A stretch of 64,000 nucleotides of DNA. Source: an uncultured virus (IMG/VR IMGVR_UViG_3300020190_000040) (Duplodnaviria > Heunggongvirae > Uroviricota > Caudoviricetes > Kyanoviridae). Location: the IMG/VR virus record IMGVR_UViG_3300020190_000040. One strand, given 5' to 3'. Every line of letters starts with the position of its first letter. Position 1 is the first letter of the stretch. The notes beneath the pieces were generated by a model, which saw only the letters and a program-made list of their open reading frames with translations, was not told the DNA's origin and made no database searches. Below, piece by piece: positions 58,236 to 64,000 of the stretch. Both the position numbers and the translations under genes were made by a program.

Positions 58236-58987
58236 TAGAATCCTAGATTAATTTTAGCAATGATATATGATTTGATTAGACCAGAACGTACAATGTCTTC
58301 AACACCAAACTCAATAAGAGAAACTTCTTTCATTTGCTGAAGAATACGTTGAAAGTCAATGATACCAGAACGTTCGTTACTACGTTGTAGATCTGACTGA
58401 CTAGCATCACCACAGAAAATAATTTTGGTATCTTCCCCAACACGAGTAATAATAGAATCAAGTTCGTGGAAGTTCAGGTTTTGACATTCATCTACAATAA
58501 CAATAGATTTGTCTAATGTAGTGCCACGAAGGAATGAAGTGGACCAGAAAGAAATAGTTTCTTGATGTTTGAGATTCTCGTAGAGCATTTCAAACGAAGC
58601 ATCATCTGGCATCTCAAACATATACTTTACCATATTCTTATATGGAATTTGATAAAGCGAAGACTTATCTTCATGTGTACCAGGAAGGAAACCAATCTCT
58701 CTAGTAGCAACCAAAGATCTTACCACATAAACTTTCTCGTATGGAGTGTTCTCATCCAATACATCACGAAGAGCTAAGTACATAGCAACAAATGTTTTGC
58801 CTGTACCAGCAGCACCATAAACAAATAGGTTTTGCCCTTTGCCATACTCTTCAAACATAACTCGTTGATTATCAGTCAACGGTTCAATGTTGAGGAGGTA
58901 ATCATAATTGATTGGCTTTCTCCTCTTGAATTGTTTGACACTCATACCATTGATATCTGGTTGATTTCTTTTTCTTGCTCTTGGCAT
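58235..58987 (-). CDS. phoH: PhoH-family ATPase
   Basis: GAAGTGKT, REIGFLPG, FLRGTT, DECQN, GD..QSDL, DIVRSGL. Confidence 0.96.
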   Translation of the reverse strand: MPRARKRNQPDINGMSVKQFKRRKPINYDYLLNIEPLTDNQRVMFEEYGKGQNLFVYGAAGTGKTFVAMYLALRDVLDENTPYEKVYVVRSLVATREIGFLPGTHEDKSSLYQIPYKNMVKYMFEMPDDASFEMLYENLKHQETISFWSTSFLRGTTLDKSIVIVDECQNLNFHELDSIITRVGEDTKIIFCGDASQSDLQRSNERSGIIDFQRILQQMKEVSLIEFGVEDIVRSGLIKSYIIAKINLGF

Positions 58988-58988
58988 A

Positions 58989-59228
58989 TTACCACTCCAC
59001 TCGTGATCCAGGTACGTTTTTCATTTTGTTCATAATTTCAGTCCATCCAGGGTGAGTTTTGTTCATTTTGTTTCGCCAATCTCCAACTTCACCAACACCA
59101 GCAACACCAGCAGTCCAATCTTTATCCCATTCGGGGTTATCTTTTCTCCACTGTTCATACTCTACCATCGACATGTAGAGTTCTTTCTTTTCTCCAGTCT
59201 CTTTATTTACAATAGGATATGTAGGCAT
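58989..59228 (-). CDS. hypothetical protein
   Basis: MPTYPIVNKETGE..., TAATG overlap with thyX stop. Confidence 0.8.
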   Translation of the reverse strand: MPTYPIVNKETGEKKELYMSMVEYEQWRKDNPEWDKDWTAGVAGVGEVGDWRNKMNKTHPGWTEIMNKMKNVPGSRVEW

Positions 59229-59884
59229 TAGTTCCACTCCAAAGCTTCGGCACAAATAGGGAATTGTTCAATGAATACTTCACGACAAGCATTAGCAATG
59301 ATCATATGTTCTTTTTGAGTACCATGAGCACTCCGTAAATCTATATAGTGTATCCACGACCTTACTGATCCTGTCATATAGATTTTTGTTGGGGTTGCCA
59401 ATGGAAGCACAAACCTAGCACATTCCTTTGCTACTCCCTGATTCAGAAGACGATTATAAAGTTGTTGTGCTTTAGCAAAGTGTTCTTGAATTTCAGTTTC
59501 AAGAACAAGTTTCAGATAACCATCAAGGTCATCGGTAGAATTTTGACGGTTCTTTGTATCCTGACGACGAAGTTCAGGAATAGGAATATACTGAGAAAGA
59601 AGATTGGTATCGGCATATCGTTGTGAAAATTCTTGATATGTAAACGAACGGTGGCGTAAAATTTGAGCAGCAATACCACGATTAGTTTCAATCTCTAGTG
59701 TCATATGTGCTTGCTCAAATACAGACCAATGATTATGTTTGATACAATACTTGAGCAGACCAGCAACGTTAGGGTTCTCCTGGTTCTGGGGATTGCTCAC
59801 CCTCGCTACGTACCCCATTGTCTGTTCCGCTTGTGGGGTCACTGAGATCAGTGTCACTGGTGATTTCTGATTCGATTGGGGCAT
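59228..59884 (-). CDS. thyX: flavin-dependent thymidylate synthase
   Basis: HWSVFE, QILRHRSFTYQEFSQRY, ARFVLP, GTQKEH; start uncertain. Confidence 0.95.
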   Translation of the reverse strand: MPQSNQKSPVTLISVTPQAEQTMGYVARVSNPQNQENPNVAGLLKYCIKHNHWSVFEQAHMTLEIETNRGIAAQILRHRSFTYQEFSQRYADTNLLSQYIPIPELRRQDTKNRQNSTDDLDGYLKLVLETEIQEHFAKAQQLYNRLLNQGVAKECARFVLPLATPTKIYMTGSVRSWIHYIDLRSAHGTQKEHMIIANACREVFIEQFPICAEALEWN

Positions 59885-60080
59885 AGTTGTATCCAAATCC
59901 TCGGTATGCTTTTTCGTCATTAATAATACGCTCTCTCAGTTTTTTGATATCACGGTATTGTTTTTTAGCCTTGTGATATGTTTCATCATCAAGACCGATT
60001 GGGTTATCAAGCAATCGTTTAATATTTTTTGATAAGTTTTTTAAGGTTGCCGAACGTTTAAATGATAACATTTGATTCAT
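59769..60080 (-). CDS. hypothetical protein overlapping thyX start
   Basis: 103-aa ORF directly below a promoter. Confidence 0.6.
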   Translation of the reverse strand: MNQMLSFKRSATLKNLSKNIKRLLDNPIGLDDETYHKAKKQYRDIKKLRERIINDEKAYRGFGYNYAPIESEITSDTDLSDPTSGTDNGVRSEGEQSPEPGEP

Positions 60081-60095
60081 GTCAAATATGTTTGT

Positions 60096-60130
60096 ATAAT
60101 AACATAAAAAAAGGAGGGTGTCAACCCTCC
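60096..60130 (-). terminator. terminator of micro-ORF operon fused with sigma70 promoter
   Basis: GGAGGG-TTGACA-CCCTCC-T7; TTGACA-17-TATTAT. Confidence 0.8.
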
Positions 60131-60137
60131 CGCTTGA

Positions 60138-60227
60138 TTAATTCTTATACAACCACTGAATGTAGGTTGAAAGTAAGATTGTTCCTAGAGCTGCTACAGC
60201 AGTTAGAGATATGATAGTTTGTATCAT
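60138..60227 (-). CDS. 29-aa single-TM peptide (not in ORF track)
   Basis: MIQTIISLTAVAALGTILLSTYIQWLYKN; TAATG coupling, GGAG SD. Confidence 0.6.
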   Translation of the reverse strand: MIQTIISLTAVAALGTILLSTYIQWLYKN

Positions 60228-60325
60228 TATTTTGCTCCCACTAGTTGTGCTAGTTGTGCTTGATAACGACGCTCCTCTTTTTGCTTTTGTTCCTTAATCA
60301 ATTGTAGGAAGTTAAGTTTTTTCAT
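60227..60325 (-). CDS. 32-aa helical peptide (not in ORF track)
   Basis: MKKLNFLQLIKEQKQKEERRYQAQLAQLVGAK; ATGA coupling, GGAGG SD. Confidence 0.65.
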   Translation of the reverse strand: MKKLNFLQLIKEQKQKEERRYQAQLAQLVGAK

Positions 60326-60483
60326 TGCTTTTCCTCCCAGTTCCAATTGTTACATGGACGATAGGAAATACCACGATACTTATTTGGTGGATGAGATGGA
60401 GCATGTGTTTCTGAATACCACTTACGATATTCTAGTTTCGGAATGTGAGTATTATACTTCACACCACGATAGGTTGCTGTCAT
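60322..60483 (-). CDS. DUF4278-like small protein 2 (not in ORF track)
   Basis: MTATYRGVKY...KYRGISY, two YRG motifs; ATGA coupling. Confidence 0.75.
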   Translation of the reverse strand: MTATYRGVKYNTHIPKLEYRKWYSETHAPSHPPNKYRGISYRPCNNWNWEEKQ

Positions 60484-60620
60484 CCCTTGGTCCCCTCTTT
60501 TACAAATTTGACCCCACGATAGGTCTCATTGTATTGTTGAGGTTGTTGTTGCATTTGCTGTTGATAAGCGATACGCTTTTCGGTATCGTATTCAACGCCA
60601 CGGTATACGACTTTCGACAT
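60480..60620 (-). CDS. DUF4278-like small protein 1, Gln-rich (not in ORF track)
   Basis: MSKVVYRGVEYDT...QQQMQQQPQQ...TYRGVKF; AAGGAG SD. Confidence 0.8.
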   Translation of the reverse strand: MSKVVYRGVEYDTEKRIAYQQQMQQQPQQYNETYRGVKFVKEGTKG

Positions 60621-60652
60621 TAGGTTTCTCCTTAGTTGTTCAGGTTAAAGAG

Positions 60653-60878
60653 CGTTCCTTCAGTCGGCTTTTGCGTCTATGAATTTACAGGTCTTTGGCG
60701 AGTGTTCTATATAAATTTGAACGAGCTCTTCCTTTACATTGTTCGGCACTTTTGAAATGCGAACATTATTAATAAGTTTCTGAGCTTCTACACACGACCA
60801 GAGAATGATTTCCATAGATGAACGATCCGTTCCGAGTCGGCTTACTTCCGTTCGCTATTCGGAAATAGCGAATGAACG
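60653..60878 (-). ncRNA. tandem glnA-type glutamine riboswitch-like aptamers
   Basis: Unit 1 CGTTCA-[9-bp stem]-CGGAAGTAAG-CCGACT-CGGAACG (60828-60878); unit 2 CGTTCA-TCTATG..CATAGA-CGCAAAAGCCGACTGAAGGAACG (60653-60824); upstream of DUF4278-like genes. Confidence 0.75.
60660..60815 (-). CDS. 51-aa ORF embedded in the second aptamer (not in ORF track)
   Basis: MEIILWSCVEAQKLINNVRISKVPNNVKEELVQIYIEHSPKTCKFIDAKAD. Confidence 0.6.
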   Translation of the reverse strand: MEIILWSCVEAQKLINNVRISKVPNNVKEELVQIYIEHSPKTCKFIDAKAD

Positions 60879-60915
60879 TTTATTATATATCTATTTAATT
60901 TTGTAGTGAGTGATA

Positions 60916-61254
60916 CTATCTATCAACATAATCCAAGGTAAAGTCCTTGGCTTTAAGTTGTTCTATTATTATATCACATCCAATTTTAGGTTCACATTCA
61001 CCACAGGTAAAAATATCTGCTGCTGCTTTCCCTTCTTCTGGCCAAGTATGAATGCTAATGTGACTTTCAGAAAGTAAACTAACTACAGTAACGCCTTGTG
61101 GATCAAACTTCTCATAGATTGTTTGTAAGACCCGAGCGCCCGCAGCTTCAGCAGCATTTTCTAGCAAGTCACAAAGAAAAAATTCATTATTCAATGAAGA
61201 AAATGGACATCCATACAAACTTAACAAGTAGTGTCTACCCAGTCTTTCCATCAA
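60916..61254 (-). CDS. speD: S-adenosylmethionine decarboxylase proenzyme
   Basis: G.H, F.PQGVT...LSESHISIHTWPE..AA.DIFTCG. Confidence 0.95.
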   Translation of the reverse strand: MMERLGRHYLLSLYGCPFSSLNNEFFLCDLLENAAEAAGARVLQTIYEKFDPQGVTVVSLLSESHISIHTWPEEGKAAADIFTCGECEPKIGCDIIIEQLKAKDFTLDYVDR

Positions 61255-61260
61255 TATACC

Positions 61261-61521
61261 TCACTTTTTTTTCTTTGTTTCGTCTTTATAAAACCATAGT
61301 TTAGGATTTACCCTTCCCTCGGTTTGTTTAAATGTTATGAACCCTTCACGATATTTATCCCAATAGTAATCAAAAATATCAACCTGCCTATTAGAAATTA
61401 CAATATCATAACAAATTCCCTCAGCAACATCTTTATACTTAACAATATAAGCACTATAAGGGAGACTTCTATCTTGTGCTAAATTTGGATCACAGTTTTG
61501 ATGTAAAATTTTTATATTCAA
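61261..61521 (-). CDS. hypothetical protein
   Basis: DIFDYYWDKYR...EGRVNPKLW; TTG start overlapping upstream stop. Confidence 0.75.
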   Translation of the reverse strand: MNIKILHQNCDPNLAQDRSLPYSAYIVKYKDVAEGICYDIVISNRQVDIFDYYWDKYREGFITFKQTEGRVNPKLWFYKDETKKKK

Positions 61522-61949
61522 GAGCGTCCCCCCCACTCAATTTGGGGGAAAGCTTCTTCAACACAAGCTCTGGTAATTTTATACTTAGATTGTAAGCCTT
61601 TATCTTTTACTAAAACTAAAATTTCTGCTTCTTCAGCATGTAATCCTTCAAGCATTTGAATAAAAAGATTCTCTCTCATCATTTGCTTGATCGAAGAACC
61701 ACCTTTAAAGAAAACATAGAGCTTACGATACTCATGTTCTAACATAGTGTGCTCTGTTCCTTTAGGAGCATCGTTAGGAGTATAAGGAACTTCTCCTTCG
61801 GGAAGCAAAGAAACAACAGAGTCATCGTAATTAGCAATTAAAATTGCTCGTAAAGCAGGAGTGTTATACTCTTGAAAAAGTTTTACTTTTTCTGCTTTTG
61901 TTTTAGCGTTGCTTACCTTCTGTAAGACTTCCGACAGTAATAGTTTCAT
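61518..61949 (-). CDS. conserved T4-like hypothetical protein
   Basis: LLSEVLQKVS...LPEG.VPY...RE.LFIQMLEGLH..EAE. Confidence 0.85.
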   Translation of the reverse strand: MKLLLSEVLQKVSNAKTKAEKVKLFQEYNTPALRAILIANYDDSVVSLLPEGEVPYTPNDAPKGTEHTMLEHEYRKLYVFFKGGSSIKQMMRENLFIQMLEGLHAEEAEILVLVKDKGLQSKYKITRACVEEAFPQIEWGGRS

Positions 61950-62018
61950 GGTTTAAATTAATTTTATTATGGGGGAAAGCATGTTCCCATCAAAGATGGT
62001 CACAGGATTTATTATTAT

Positions 62019-62255
62019 TTATCTATCGTCGTATTCTTCATCATCATCAGTTTCAAATCTAACAGCCACAATTTCATCTGGGAGAAGATTACCATTCTCA
62101 TCAAACATTTCTGGGTGCATAGGTTGAATTCTATTTTTATTTAAAAATGAATATACAATATCATTTCCAAACCATCCAAGCATAAACCCAATAACAAATG
62201 ATCCGAGGATTCCTATTCCAGAAAAGAATAGAATATATGGTGTTGCTGATTCCAT
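62019..62255 (-). CDS. small membrane protein
   Basis: TM helix then HPEMFDENGN. Confidence 0.8.
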   Translation of the reverse strand: MESATPYILFFSGIGILGSFVIGFMLGWFGNDIVYSFLNKNRIQPMHPEMFDENGNLLPDEIVAVRFETDDDEEYDDR

Positions 62256-62256
62256 T

Positions 62257-62439
62257 TTAGTTCTCCCTTGTTAGATTATTATCTTCCCAAGTGAATTCAA
62301 ACTTGATTTGAAATTTTTTCTTGAGGAAAACAAATATTTTGCTAATCTTTAGACCATATGTTTCTGGTTTTTGTTCTACTTTCCTCCTGAGCATAAGCTC
62401 AACACCTTTATTTATTGCGAGTTCTCTATCCGTTTTCAT
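62257..62439 (-). CDS. hypothetical protein
   Basis: INKGVELMLRR; ATGA coupling. Confidence 0.7.
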   Translation of the reverse strand: MKTDRELAINKGVELMLRRKVEQKPETYGLKISKIFVFLKKKFQIKFEFTWEDNNLTREN

Positions 62440-62687
62440 TTTTTTCTTGAGGTTACCAATCCTTTTTCCACAAATAATTTAACCGTTTCTGTAAGTCCTC
62501 CAACTGGTTCTCCATCAATAATAACATATGGGAATCCAATTGCTTGTGGAAACTTTTCTTTAAATTCTTTTCGGTTTATATCTTCTCCAACCATGTAAGA
62601 AGTATATGGAAGATCAGCACGTTCCATTAATTCTACAATTTTATTACAGAATCCACAACCACTAGTTTTGTAAATAACAATCTCCAT
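62436..62687 (-). CDS. glutaredoxin (NrdC-like)
   Basis: CGFC, FPYV, DGEPVGG; start MEIVIYK. Confidence 0.9.
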   Translation of the reverse strand: MEIVIYKTSGCGFCNKIVELMERADLPYTSYMVGEDINRKEFKEKFPQAIGFPYVIIDGEPVGGLTETVKLFVEKGLVTSRKK

Positions 62688-62741
62688 AAAAAAAGGGGGA
62701 TTAACTCCCCCTAGTGTATCAGATTTTATCCTGATTGTCAA
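62688..62741 (-). terminator. psbA terminator overlapped by a sigma70 promoter
   Basis: AGGGGGA-GTTAA-TCCCCCT-T run; TTGACA-17-TACACT at 62713-62741. Confidence 0.75.
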
Positions 62742-63817
62742 CCAATTGCTGGAGCAGTGAGAGCAACAGGAGTTGCATTGCTGGAAGCAAGATCTAGAGG
62801 GAAGTTATGAGCGTTCCTTTCGTGCATTACTTCCATGCCAAGACCACCACGGTTCAGAATGTCTGCCCAGGTAGGGATGACTTTGCCTTCACTCGATACG
62901 ATGGACTGGTTGAAGTTAAAACCATTCAGGTTGAATGCCATGGTGCTAACACCAAGAGCAGTAAACCAGATGCCAACTACAGGCCAAGCAGCAAGGAAGA
63001 AGTGTAGTGAACGAGAGTTGTTGAACGAAGCATACTGGAAGATCAAGCGACCAAAGTAACCGTGGGCTGCCACGATGTTGTAGGTCTCTTCTTCTTGACC
63101 GAACTTGTAACCATAGTTCTGACTTTCGTTCTCGGTAGTCTCACGAACCAGTGAAGACGTAACCAGACTTCCGTGCATGGCACTGAATAGAGAACCACCA
63201 AACACACCAGCAACTCCGAGCATATGGAAGGGGTGCATCAGGATGTTATGTTCTGCCTGGAATACAAGCATATAGTTGAATGTGCCAGAGATTCCCAAAG
63301 GCATAGCGTCACTGAAAGAACCTTGACCAAAAGGATAAACAAGGAACACAGCAGAAGCAGCAGCCACGGGAGCAGAATAAGCAACACAAATCCAAGGGCG
63401 CATACCCAAACGATAAGAGAGTTCCCATTCACGACCCATGTAAGCATAGATACCGATGAGGAAGTGGAAAACAACCAGTTGGAAAGGTCCTCCGTTATAT
63501 AGCCATTCATCAAGAGAAGCAGCTTCCCAGATGGGATAGAAGTGAAGTCCGATAGCATTGGAACTAGGGACAACAGCACCAGAAATAATGTTGTTTCCGT
63601 ACATTAATGAACCAGCAACAGGTTCACGGATACCGTCGATATCAACGGGTGGGGCAGCAATAAAAGCAACGATGAAGCAAATAGTAGCAGCGAGTAGGGT
63701 AGGAATCATTAGGGTTCCAAACCAACCGACGTAAAGACGGTTATCGGTAGAAGTGATCCACTCACAGAACTGTTGCCAAGTGTTACTTTGTCGCTGTTGG
63801 GCGATAGTAGCAGTCAT
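62738..63817 (-). CDS. psbA: photosystem II D1 protein
   Basis: [43 protein letters not shown]; uninterrupted; Glu130. Confidence 0.99.
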   Translation of the reverse strand: MTATIAQQRQSNTWQQFCEWITSTDNRLYVGWFGTLMIPTLLAATICFIVAFIAAPPVDIDGIREPVAGSLMYGNNIISGAVVPSSNAIGLHFYPIWEAASLDEWLYNGGPFQLVVFHFLIGIYAYMGREWELSYRLGMRPWICVAYSAPVAAASAVFLVYPFGQGSFSDAMPLGISGTFNYMLVFQAEHNILMHPFHMLGVAGVFGGSLFSAMHGSLVTSSLVRETTENESQNYGYKFGQEEETYNIVAAHGYFGRLIFQYASFNNSRSLHFFLAAWPVVGIWFTALGVSTMAFNLNGFNFNQSIVSSEGKVIPTWADILNRGGLGMEVMHERNAHNFPLDLASSNATPVALTAPAIG

Positions 63818-63878
63818 AGTTTTAAAAGAACGTTAAATTTACATGAATTGTGAAGAAATGTTTCCATCTCTTAACACT

Positions 63879-63912
63879 TATTTATAATAGCACGGTTTCC
63901 CGTACCTGTCAA
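63879..63912 (-). promoter_or_regulatory. overlapping sigma70 and late promoters of psbA
   Basis: TTGACA-17-TATTAT overlapping TATAAATA (63879-63886). Confidence 0.8.
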
Positions 63913-63954
63913 CCCCCCCCATAAATAAAGATAAATAAAACCTTTTTATGGATA

Positions 63955-64000
63955 ATGGCAAATCGATTCCCATTAGTAATCAATAATTCTACTACTGTTG
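63955..64000 (+). CDS. 5' end of a probable late structural gene (partial)
   Basis: MANRFPLVINNSTTV... after two ATAAATA motifs. Confidence 0.5.
   Translation, partial: MANRFPLVINNSTTV

Noticed and set aside
60138..60227. 29-aa TM peptide as PsbM/PetM-like photosynthesis subunit
   Set aside because: Only length and hydrophobicity match; no diagnostic residues
60354..60623. 89-aa plus-strand ORF
   Set aside because: Antisense to coupled minus-strand ORFs that have SDs and recognisable motifs
62738..63817. Intron or homing endonuclease associated with psbA
   Set aside because: ORF is continuous at 359 aa and followed by glutaredoxin

Overview
64 kb of an AT-rich T4-like cyanophage (Kyanoviridae-type myovirus), almost all on the minus strand. 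From right to left it holds: psbA, glutaredoxin and speD; a tandem glutamine-riboswitch-like RNA leading an operon of unannotated micro-ORFs (two DUF4278-like); thyX, phoH, exonuclease, gp33 and gp32; a plus-strand gp4-gp2-gp48-gp53 block; the baseplate/tail module (gp54, gp26/gp51 with a candidate -1 frameshift, two paralogous tape-measure-like proteins with different murein hydrolase tips, gp27-like, split gp5); seven tRNAs (probably three Ile-decoding); a 2OG-Fe(II) oxygenase; a CpeT-type bilin lyase; a 3660-aa virion protein; tail-collar proteins; four paralogous adhesin-like genes; a 1950-aa fibre and chaperone; a helicase-HNH-methylase cassette; and small early ORFs. The strongest candidate for an undescribed system is the 3660-aa protein. 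It carries five phycobiliprotein-like helical repeats (four with the chromophore-site motif C-x-R-D, all with a second conserved Cys, three apparently nested) and lies about 1 kb downstream of the phage bilin lyase. All family calls are by-eye motif recognition; no database search was run.
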